Shown one piece after another: positions 52,646-64,000 of a DNA stretch of 64,000 bases. Every line of letters starts with the position of its first letter. Position 1 is the first letter of the stretch. The notes beneath the pieces are model-generated. The model did not search any database and was not told the origin of the DNA. It saw nothing but the letters and a program-made list of their open reading frames with translations. Both the position numbers and the translations under genes were made by a program. Source of the DNA: Octopus sinensis (lineage: Eukaryota); contig NC_043014.1 of NCBI RefSeq assembly GCF_006345805.1, positions 62,001-126,000 on the forward strand, in the 5' to 3' direction.

Positions 52646-55600
52646 TATGAGGCTATAATAGAAGACACTTGCCCAAGGTGCCGTGCAGAGGGACTGAACC
52701 CAGAACCATGTGGTTGGGAAGCAAGCTTCATATCACACACACCCACTCCTGCACCTCTATGTATATATTTATATATACATTCAAGTATATATACATGTAT
52801 GGATGGATAGATAGATAGATAGATAGATATATGTTCTCATGTATTTATATGTACATTTATTAATCTGTTGCTGTCCCCTCCCCCTTGTTGTGTTGTTTAT
52901 CAATGTCCAAGTGGAATTTTCTCCATTGTCTTCAAGAATAGCAGTTGTTTGGCGTGAGAGCTGGTCTTTTGTTGAAACCAAACGGATCTACTTCAGGTGT
53001 AATAACTTTTCTGGCCTCATTCTTATGTAGATATCATGCAACAAGGCTACTCATGTTTCTTAATCTTCCTGCAACTTGTAGAATTCAATCAATAATAGGT
53101 TTTTTTCCATTCCTTCTTTCTGAAATGACATAAATACAAAAGAAGATTCATTACAAAAGACACGTGTAGTTTCAGTGTTGGGTTTCAGTCATTATTAAGG
53201 TAGAAATAAAGAAATAAATTCAAAATATGCCCCAGAAGCATAAAATAAATTTATTACTAAAATAATGATATTCCTAAACAAGAGTCTAAGACATAGGTTT
53301 TAATTGATTTTGTCTTTAATGTTTATAAAATGGCTTGTTTGGTCTCTCACACGAAATACTGAGTCTGATTAATATAAAGAAACTAAGTTTTGGATGATTT
53401 TTGAATGAATGACTTCACCAGTTTTTAATCAATATTCATTCAATTAGACATTGATGCAGTTAATCAGTTACAACAATCAATGATTTGGGTTTTTATCAAA
53501 CCAGATCATTTGTTTGTTTGTTTTTTAATTTAATTAAATTAATAATTGATAATGAAGTTTGGTCTTTTATAATTCATATTTTGCTGGCTAGACTGTGTAT
53601 TTGTAAACATTTAATGAAAATAGTCAGAATCATTTCCTGAGCTCTGCTATACAATATTAATAGTTGTCAGTACCCCTGACCAAAACATCGAGCATCACAA
53701 AGTAACAGGACCCATTTTGGACAAACTCACAAATCAACCATATCACAAAATAGGAACTAATTTACTTCTGGTGGAAAATAGGAACCAATTTACTTCTGGT
53801 GGAAACCAACTTACTTCTAGTTTCCACCAGAAGAAAACAACTTTCAATATAATCAGCCACTACATGGTTATTCAAACTACTAGAAGTAGCAGACAAACAT
53901 ATATCATATCTATAGCCTTAAAAGAAGAACACTTTGGGTATTGGAGTCCTATATCCTTTGTCTGGTAAAAGAAGAGACTGTCATGGATGAGCAAAGATCT
54001 ACTGATAAATAAACAACATTAATACACATGGCACTTGATGTGGTTGTTTTTCACAAATTATTTTAGACATGAAACCACCAATAATTTAGGTAAAATGTAG
54101 AAAGCGAAGAAACTAAATATTTTTTCATGTTTAAACAAATAGTGTTCAACTTCTCTGGAATGGGAGACAGTTTGGCATGGTAATCTCTCACAGGAGCATT
54201 AGTAGCAATATATCTGAAAGGCAAATAATTAGTGAAGTTGAAACATTTTTAATAATTAATAATTATAAAAAATAATGATTTATATCATAAACTGTCATAC
54301 ATTCACTTTATTTTTTATTCTTTATTTTTATCTCTAATTCGCAATAAATATCCTAATGCTGTTAGCGGGCTTAAATTATTAATTCAAATAAGGTCTTATC
54401 TTTTATTTAAATAAGGCTCCATCTTTTATTTAAATAAAGCCCTGTTTTTAATTTTAAATAGATATTCCAAAAATGATGTAGGTTCTTTAGTGAAATTGAT
54501 TGTAACGATGAAACTAATAATGAAGCAACCAGTAATCTGTTCAAGTTGCTGACGAAAGCATTTGTTCTGCAGTTTCTGTACAAAATTTTTGTTTCTTTAA
54601 TATATTTTTCAGCTGAGTCGCTTATGTTTGTGTATATTTTGTGTATGTATGATATGTTTGTGTGTATGTATATTTTGTGTAAGTACTATGTTTATGTATG
54701 TATGTACACAGATATGCATATATAATATATATGTTGTACAAATATACATACTCACACATAAAGACATAAAACATACACTGGGAATATATAAACATAAGTG
54801 ATTCAGCTGAAGAGAAAAATTAGAGAAGTAGAAATTTTGTATAGAAATTGCCAACCAAACACTTTTGTAACTTTGCTACTTTAATCAAAAGATTTCCAAG
54901 TAACCAGAAGTAAGCATATTCAAATATAAGAAAACATTCATTGATGTCCTGAAGGTTTTATTGCAGGGGAAAAAAAGAACTTAGCCTTTAAAGACTTCTA
55001 AGGGTCCATACGATTAGTTTCTTTAGATGAGAGGTGTACATATTCCTGGACAATATGGTAATATTATATGAACCTGTTGTTATAATGTTTGACTGTTTCT
55101 TTCATGTTAAACTAAATCACTTGAAAATAGTTTTGTTGGAATCTCTTTCAGAACTAGCCATTCCACCATCTTTTACTCCTTTGATGACAAATTTACATCT
55201 AAGGCGTTTACATATAAATAATAACTCTTATGGGAGTGTGTAACCTTTTGTTGTGGAAGCATGGAAGCTTTCTCATTGACCACAGGAAAAGTTAAGAACA
55301 GTGGCCACTTGTAGAGACAATAATAACTCAGCGGTAGACTTGAAAGAATTAAGGGTTTTAAGCTTCCCATATGATTTGCTTATAACAGTTTCATCACTTC
55401 TGTGGTTTCTTTTTTATTTTTATTATTATTATTATTCTGAGATTAATCTAAAAAATTCACATTTCTGTATTTCACAAAAGTTGTGTGGTCATTGTGACTG
55501 GGTGGGGGTGGAAGTCCTGTTGGTGACTGACAGAAAGTAACAGATGGTTGATACTGGATGGTTGGGTGAGTTTGGATGAGCAATGGCGGGTAGGGGTGGA

Positions 55601-55753
55601 CCAATGTAATATACAGTTTGCTTCAGTTTAGTAGTGGCTGACAAAGGAGAAACCACATATTTGTAGGGTGTTGGTTGTATGGGAAGAGCAAACGATTATT
55701 TATCAATCAATTTGGTGACAATGGGAGAAGGAAGGATTCCAGAATGTGTCTGC

Positions 55754-55790
<37 letters not shown>

Positions 55791-58700
55791 CAGTAAGAGG
55801 TATGGTACCCCAAACATGTAGGTAGCTTTCTCTCTTTTGTTGTATATAAGGTAGTCAGATAAGGTAGAACAATCTCAGCGACATTTGCAGGTCTCAAGAG
55901 AGAATAATTTGAAAGAAATTGACTGTTGTTTCTTGCAGGTCAACGGAGTGTAGTAGTGTGAGGTTGTTTCCTTGATATGTGTAGGCATTGATGGAGGTTG
56001 TTGTGGTCAGTTGTTTGGTATAGCAAGAAGTATCAGGGCACAAATGAAATGGTGGTGGGGTAGAGATGGTTGATATTTGCAGGAGAAAGGGAGAGATGTA
56101 TAAAAGGCAGACCTCCACAACCTTACTGGTGGCTACTGATTAGGGAAGCTCAAGTCAGTGAAGAAGGTTATCATCATTTAACGTTCGTTTTTCCATGCTG
56201 GCATGGGTCGGACAGTTTGACATGAAGCTGGCCAGCCAAGGAGCTGTCCAGACTCCAAATGTCTGTTGTGGTATGGTTTCTATGACTGGATTGTAAAAAT
56301 GAATGTGAGGTAAAGGACTATTGGACTACCAAGCACATGGCATTGAGTTTCAAATTCTATTTTAGCCTATGCATTGACTTTGTCCTTCATGGTTATGTAG
56401 TTAGCAGCATGAGGGTCATTCAACTGTAATAAAACAACCCCCTCAGTCAAAATCCATTTTATCCTAAGAACAGCCACAGTACTATGAATGCCAAACTACA
56501 AAATATAATATATCTGCAAAGCAGACAGTCTTTAAAGATTTGTCTAAAAGTCGGAGATCATAAGCGACATAAGCAATAAGTAATTTAGAGAATCAAGGAT
56601 TTAGTTGACAAGGACTTGTATAAATTCAACATTGTGAGACTCGTTAACTGTTCCTGAAGTTCATTAAAGTGTACTTATTGACAGTAAATCACATCTGTTC
56701 TTGCCTTTTTATTGATTTTATTACAAATGTACATACATTTTCATATTCATCAAAATTTGTTCAAAAATATAAACAATAAAACAAAAAATGTATTTTCACT
56801 TTTTTATTACATGGTTTTGTGACAATTCCGGAATCTTTAAAATATTTTTTTGAAAATATTCACGATTTTTTTTTTTTATTTGAATTTTCAATTTAATTTT
56901 TAATTTCTTTTCTTAATTGCTACAATTTCTAATTTTCATTAGCCATCAAGCTCATCATTAAATCCTTGACTGGATATTAATGTAGAATTTGCATATATGT
57001 AGAATTTTTTAGTTTTATATCTAAGCAGGTTGTAATAGCATAATTTGAACATTTAATTGCCTAACAACACAGTTACTGTTTTATTACATCCCAAATACTC
57101 ATCTGTTTCCATGTTTCATGTCCCTACCTATTTTTCTAGCTAGCTAGCTGAGTGTGTGTGTGTGAAATATATACATCATCATCATCACTATTTAATGTCC
57201 ATCTTCCATGCTCGCATGGGTTGGATGGTTTGACAGGATCCAACAAGTCAGAGGACTGTGCTGTGATCCAGTGTCTGCTTTGGCATGGTTTCTACAGCTG
57301 AATGTCCCTTCTAATGCCAACCATTTACAGAGTATACTGGATGCTTTTTCCAAGGCACCAGCAATAGTGAGGTTACCGTGTAACTTGCAAGACTAAAAAT
57401 CCCCTTGGATGAGTGGGAGAAGAGTAGAGAAAAAGGCAGCTTCATGCTTGGTTTTAAGAGATTAGAGTATGATAGAGAAAACAGGAACAGGTTTATTAAT
57501 GTTGGGAGATGATTGGCTACCCTGCATTACATAAGGATGGATGGGAGTAATTTGATGGGAGTGTTAAAAAGAGAGACACAGATGGTAGGGATAATATGTC
57601 AGAGTATTCCTTCTTCAAAGTTAAAAAAAGTGAAGAAAAGAAGGAATGAAGATAGGTGAAGGTGGGCAGACATTGCAAATAGTGTATGAGGAGAATGAGA
57701 GTTGAAGGTAAAGGTGAATGTAGTTATATTAATAATATTAAGGTATGCAATCACAGAAAATTGACTGTTAAAATGATGATGAAATTGACATACACACACA
57801 CACACACACACATGCATATATACATACATAATTGGAACACTGGGTTTTGTTAGTAAATGCTTAAAGGAGAATCTGGATAAACTGGATTTTCAGAAAGAGA
57901 AATTGACCGGCTGATTTGTACATTACAAGTCCAATCTGTGAGTGGAACAGTAAAAATATGCAGGACTTTTCTCAAGTTCCAAATGTGAATTTGTCTGTAT
58001 TAACTAAATCCCAAACATGGATCCTTGTATCTTTGTTGGAAACTGGCTCCCTCCTCAGTGAAAGATTTATTATAATTAAAAAAATAGAAGAGACATACAT
58101 AGGTGTGTGTGTATGTACACACACACACACACACACACATATATAAATGTAGGTACGCATGTGTGTTATTCTCTTCTGAGTCCATGTGTTTTATGCCCAT
58201 TTTTGCACAATGCTTGTTTATTTAAGTTTTGTTTTTGTTTTATTTGTAATCATCATCCCTATCACCATCACCACTACTATTAGTGCAATCATCACTCCTA
58301 CAATCACCACCACAGCCATTACCCTCATCACTATAACTATGACTGTCACCACCATCATTTTCCTCATCTTAATCATCATCTGACAATATTCAACATCTGT
58401 TGTCATGTAATACTTATGTGGATTATAGAGATCTGTTTAGATTCAACTAAACACAACATTAACTACACAAATGTTTGTTAATATTTTGTCTATCATAGCA
58501 GTATGTTGGAATAAAAGTGTTTGACTGTCTTCTTTGATAGCAACTATGCAATATAGAGAGAGAGGTTGTTGTGGTGGTGAGCATAAGAAGTGTGTTTAAG
58601 AGCTCATTGTAACCTTTGAAGTTGAAGTATTAAACACAGATCAAATAAAGTGATAATGTACTGAAATCCATGGCTGTTGTGTAGAGGTTAAGATGTTTTA

Positions 58701-59452
58701 TGCTACCATCTCATCAACTAGTATCATGTAGGTTTTTTTGGATGGGACATATATAATATAAAGTTCATCCAGAATTAATCCCTCATCCATGGTTACCAAT
58801 AACAGAATCAATCCAGGTTTTTATTCCAAGTATAATTTCTTCCCATTAGTCTCAAAGACTCTTGAAAATAACCATCAGTGCTTTTTCTGGCTCCTCTGAC
58901 TAAATCACAAAAGAAAGAAGACCTAATTGCCAAATACACCTTCACCATCTCTACAACCCCTGATACATATTTTTGTCTCTACCTCTACAACAATGGCTTC
59001 AGTTCATTTGAATCAGCCAGCTGGATGCTACCTGTCTTAGCACAACTCTCTCTTGTAAAGAAAGTTACTTGCTAAAGACTAGCATTGTGTCTCATAGCAG
59101 ATTTAATACTACAGAATCCTGACCTAGGTGATAAACCTTATGGAAAGGTTTAATTTTAACAGCATTGTATATGTGCAAGTTATACAATCCTCTTTAAAGA
59201 ACAAAATAAAATTTCCTTAAAACTAAATATGAAAAATTTCCTGTTTATTTTATCACAAAAGTAGGATGGGTCTGCAACATTTGTGCAATGTTGGTAAGTG
59301 TCTTGGTAATTCAATTATAACATTCTATTAATCCCCACTCCCATATAACTTTGTTCTGTTGTACCTAGATGAAAATCAGGCTATGAATCCTTGCAACAAG
59401 TGTTCCCTAGTAAACCCTTAAGTTAGGAATGGCCTCAGTTTTACAATTTTTA

Positions 59453-59849
59453 TACTCTTTTACTTGTTTCGGTCACTTGACTGTGGCTATGCTGGGGCAC
59501 TGCCTTTAGTCAAGCAAATCGACCCCAGGACTTATTCTTTGTAAGCTTAGCATTTATTCTATCAGTCTCTTTTGCTGAACCGCTACGTTACGGGGATGTA
59601 AACACACCAGCATCGGTTGTCAAGCGATGTTGGGAGGGACAAACACAAGCACTCATACACACACACACACACATATATATATGCATTTATACGATGGGCT
59701 TCTTTCAGTTTCTGTCTACCAAATCCACTCACAAGGCTTTGGTTGGCCCATGGCTATAATAGAAGACACTTGCCCAAGGTGCCATGCAGTGGGACTGAAC
59801 CCGGAATCATGTGGTTTGTAAGCAAGCTACTTACCACACAGCCACTCCT
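59453..59849 (-). mobile_element. tRNA-derived SINE family B
   Basis: Homologous to 27616-28024, with several CpG>TpG/CpA changes. Confidence 0.9.
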
Positions 59850-60859
59850 ACACCTATAGTAAAACAATATTAAAGACTAAATTGATTCTTACATCATCAG
59901 AAATAACCAAGTGACCAGTGGATAAGAACCCATCTTATCTAATATTCTAGTTCCATGAGAATTTACTAATTATCAATAACTAGAAATATGGATGAAATGC
60001 TCTTGTGATACCAATAATGTAGCAGATAGGTTATTTCAGTTTTTCAGTTCTTTATTCTTGGCTGTGAAGTCAAATCTTGTCAAACTCAACTTTGCTCTTC
60101 CTAAAGTAAATAACAGCAATTCACTGGGACATATTCAGTTGATTAGATTCCTTCTTTATAAAATATTGATCTCCTGAGTAGCGAAAATAAATCAATATTA
60201 TCTATGACTTTTCTTTAAGCTGTTCATCGTCTTTATAGATAGATTCTTTGTTTAATATATTTTCTGGCCTGCGTTTGTTGGCTTTGTGTAAAATAGAAGC
60301 AAGATAATAATGTATTATATATGCTTCATGAATGTATTTAAACTGAATTATATCTAAGATTTATACATTCTTGTAAGCATTACATTTCTTCGATTTTGTG
60401 TATGAATTAATGTATGTCTGCTTCGGAGATACAAGCAGAAACTAATGTCTCAATGTCCATTTATATTCATAAAATAATCTTCAATAAGTCCAAACATGTG
60501 TGGATGATTTAATATTTCTTTGGAATTCTTCCCTCTGTTCCTAATATGATCACAAGACTGATAAACAGTAAAATATTAGAAATATACTGAAATTGAGGAA
60601 TGAGATTTGGGATTAAAATTTTTGTACTTTCCAGCATAATTTTCAGTTCTTTCACAATTTAGAATCTGTCAAATTGTTCAAACTGAGATATCTTCATAAA
60701 CAGGAATTAGGGAGTATATATGTAATGTTGAAATTTTAACTCCAAATTAAAAATAGTTGATATGAGTTGTCGTTTATAGGTTCTAATTTTTGGATAAAGC
60801 TTCTTTTGATTAAGAAAAACTTTTTAAATAGCAGCATCAGTGCCAAGCAATGATAAGGA

Positions 60860-61153
60860 ATAAATTAACTTTAGGTGAGTTAAAATATGTCTGTGGCATA
60901 TTTGAACTTCTAAAGGTAAATTCCTTGCAGTTACCATGGATTAAAATTTCTCTTTTATAGTAAAAGGTGTAAAACACCATATCTGCCCAGTGCTTTCCTT
61001 GAGCAGAAAAAAACCAGAAGCCCATCTAGGAATCTACTTAAGTAGATATGGTGTTTTTAAGAGAGAAATTTGTGGCCTCAGTAACTGTAGTGAATTTTTC
61101 TTTAGAAGTTAAAATGTCACAAATATATTTTAACTCACCTAAAGTTCATTTAT
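60860..61153. mobile_element. MITE with ~75-bp imperfect TIRs
   Basis: ataaattaactttaggtgagttaaaatat..gcagttac (60860-60934) is the reverse complement of 61081-61153. Confidence 0.75.
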
Positions 61154-61989
61154 AAAAACATTTATTTGTAAATATTAGGGGAAAAATTGTTTCATCACCA
61201 AATGTGAGGTACTTAATAATCAAAGGCATATATTCTGGGTGCGTTAGGTGGGTGCTGCACACCAACTGAAAATAGCAAATTCATTATAAATATCAACCTT
61301 ACTTATTGATTTAATCACAAATCATAATGGAAAACTTTTATTATATCTCTGCTTGAAATTTGGTGGTGGGTGTCCCGAAATAACACTGCATACTTCACAA
61401 CACATTGTATCATAATATGGTACCAGGCATATCATAGGATAATGGAAGAATGGCGAAAAACTAATGGCAAAGGGCATGCAACATCTTTGACAACATGGTC
61501 ACATGTTTATTTTCATGGTTAGAAGTTGTATGTTTGAAATAATTTTTTTACTATAATTTTTTTCTTACGATATCGTCATATAGCTTTGATCTTAATTTGT
61601 TTTCAAAACTGATAATACACTTTTAGAAGTCAAAAACAAGACTTATGTATGATGAGGTTATTGAACATTTTACATCTCAAAGATGAACAGAACTTACATA
61701 TAAGTAATTGAAGTAAGTAAAATTATATGGTTTCTTATTTTTCAGTGTGTGCACATAAGAAAATTATGGCTTATTTTAGAATGCTTATAACTTATAGAGT
61801 ATTATTAATTCAGTTTACTTTAGTGCTATATATCAGTATCCCAAATGAATTAAGTTTACATTATTTACATTTTGGATCCTGTATTTTGAATAGAAATACA
61901 CAGTTTGTATGCTGAATTTGAGTGATATTAATGTTAGTCATAGTATGGTCAATGTGGCAGCACACCCAATGACAATAACTACCATATGC

Positions 61990-63732
61990 CACTGTTAATA
62001 ATTCCAAAAACCCAACATAGGTTACTAGTTAGTGACTTCAGAATTAGAGCTAGAAAGACTCAGAGAAATAAAGCAATCTGAAAAAGACGACTATGGAAGC
62101 TCAAAGACCCAGCAAACAGACAAAAATTTTAAGATTTTCGAATGGAAGCTTCTAACGAAAGAGAGGAAGAGTTGCAGACATATAGCTTAGGGGACAATTG
62201 GAAGTTCTTATGGGACAATCTACTGAAGGCTAGAGATGAAATCTGTGGTTGGTGCAGAGTTCCAGCTAGACCAAGGGTGACATGGTGGTGGAACAAGGAG
62301 GTAGAGAGTGTTATAAAAGCAAAGAAACAGGCCTGGAAAGACTGGAAAATTGTGGAAGCAGAGAATTATATCAGGTAGCCCGAAGGGCAGCTAGGCGGCA
62401 GGTTTACATAACAAAAAGTATAGCAGAAGGTAAGAGATTTGCAAATGTTCTATAGCATGAGGATCAGAACCATGTGGTGTTCAGGATTGCAAATCAGTGT
62501 AACAGAGAGAAAGAGATGTAGTGGGTGAGAAATGTGTGTGAATGGATAATGATATGCTTGCACTTAGTGACTCTGAGAAGAAAGATGCATGGAAGTGTTA
62601 CTATAAAAGGTTACTAAATGTGGAAAATGAATGGGAGAACAGTCTTTCAAATATCAGCTCGACCAAGTCATGACTGTTACTGAGAGGATTATAGCTCAAT
62701 TGATTAGGAAAAGAATTAAACTAGATGAGATGCAGTTGGTTTTGTACCTGGGAAGAGTACCACAGATGCCATCTTCCTAGTGAGATAGCTGCAGGAAAAG
62801 TACTTGGCCAAAAGTAAGCCATTGTAATTAGTCTTCATCAACCTGGAGAAAGCTTTCAACAGAGTTCCCTGCTCTGTTATCTGGTGGTCTCTAAGGAAAC
62901 TTGGAGTATGCTCCATTGGATGTGCAACATCAGTGCACATGTACGACAGAGTGCAAATGTATTGAGAGAAAAGTTGGGCATAAGAAGAATCAAATGTAGC
63001 ATGCAAGAGAGAAGACTCTGTTGGTTTGGACATGTGATGCTACATAAAGAAGTGCCAGTCATTGAAAGTGGATGGTACTTGTGGAAGAGGGGGGCCCAGG
63101 AAGACATGGGAAGAAGTGGCAAGGACCGATCTCAGGACGTTGGGCTTCATGGAAGAAATGACAATGGACCAAGATGTCTGGCGATATGAGGTTCTTGAGA
63201 AGACCTGCCCACATCAGCGAAACTGAATTCTAGAAGCGCTGTGTGTTCCACTCACATGTAGCAAGAAAACTTTTCACACACCTACCCCAACAAACCAAAT
63301 TACATCTCCACATCTTTTCTCTTCCTCACATTTCCTCTTCATGCACTATACTTACCTCTCAATCCCTAATTCTGTCCTCACGGCCCTGTTTCTCTGTATC
63401 ATTGTTATCCAGTGGCCCCACCCCACTATATACCCAGGTTTTCACCACTCACTGCATTCTCCTTCCCCACTCTCTACTCATGCTTCTTTAGCAATGTCCT
63501 GCCACTTAAATTATGACCTTCAAACCTCAAGGGTATGTCCTGGCACTTGCCATCATCTATCTCTCTCTTCCCTTACTCAACCATCCCATTTATATTCTGA
63601 TCCCCATCCCTTATGAGTATGCCTAGCACTTTGCCACCATCCCTGTCCTGCTGTCTCCCACTCTCTCTCCTTCTGCTGGGTAACCATGTATCTCCTTTAC
63701 AGCTGTTCACCTGTTTCTGTTTTCATTCCTGA

Positions 63733-63811
<79 letters not shown>

Positions 63812-64000
63812 TTGTACCTCCTCTACAGAAAGAGAGACCTTTCATCGTCTGACACAATATCACCCCCTCCAATGCTCTCTCCCTTCACAAAAGATTTTTG
63901 TCTTACATGTAACTTGGTGACCCTGTCAGTGCAGGTGCCACTTAAAAAGCATCTATTCCACACTGTAAAGTGGTTGGTATTTGAAAAGGCATCCAGCTGT
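61990..64000 (+). mobile_element. internally deleted RTE LINE running to the window edge
   Basis: ..DEICGWCRVPARPRVTWWWNKEV..LDEMQ..KSTTDAIFLVR.LQEKYLAK..LEKAFNRVP..WWSLRKLGV | MLHWMCN..RRLCWFGHVM, then a 3' UTR with (CT)n and the shared RTE tail. Confidence 0.85.

Noticed and set aside
52111-52746. 211-aa ORF
   Set aside because: It is a chance fusion of a SINE head, a (TA)n tract and an RTE RT fragment.

Overview
AT-rich eukaryotic DNA crowded with microsatellites and transposable elements. The tRNA-derived SINE families and the (AT)n/(TG)n/(ATT)n density point to an octopod cephalopod genome, which is an inference from family resemblance. One host coding exon is recognisable: exon 1 of a C2CD2/C2CD2L (TMEM24)-like membrane-anchored SMP-domain lipid-transfer gene at 32020-32394 (+). 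I found no later exon, so the remaining ~31.6 kb is probably intron. Most other sequence is fragmentary TEs: three Helitron pieces (one with an intact 336-codon ORF), four Tc1/mariner derivatives, a hAT fragment, a Gypsy remnant with one LTR, RTE, CR1 and RLE-type non-LTR fragments, and several SINE families. The most unusual items are (1) an ~890-bp foldback element whose two arms each carry a minimal type-I hammerhead-like motif with a U3-A8 variant core, (2) a ~340-bp segment copied from 22 kb upstream, with a 17-bp target duplication and junction microhomology, (3) a close inverted RTE pair in the intron, a candidate dsRNA/ADAR substrate, and (4) CpG-rich motif clusters and hairpins in the 20-33 kb zone. 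There is no CRISPR array, rRNA or bona fide tRNA gene. All coordinates and identities were read by eye.
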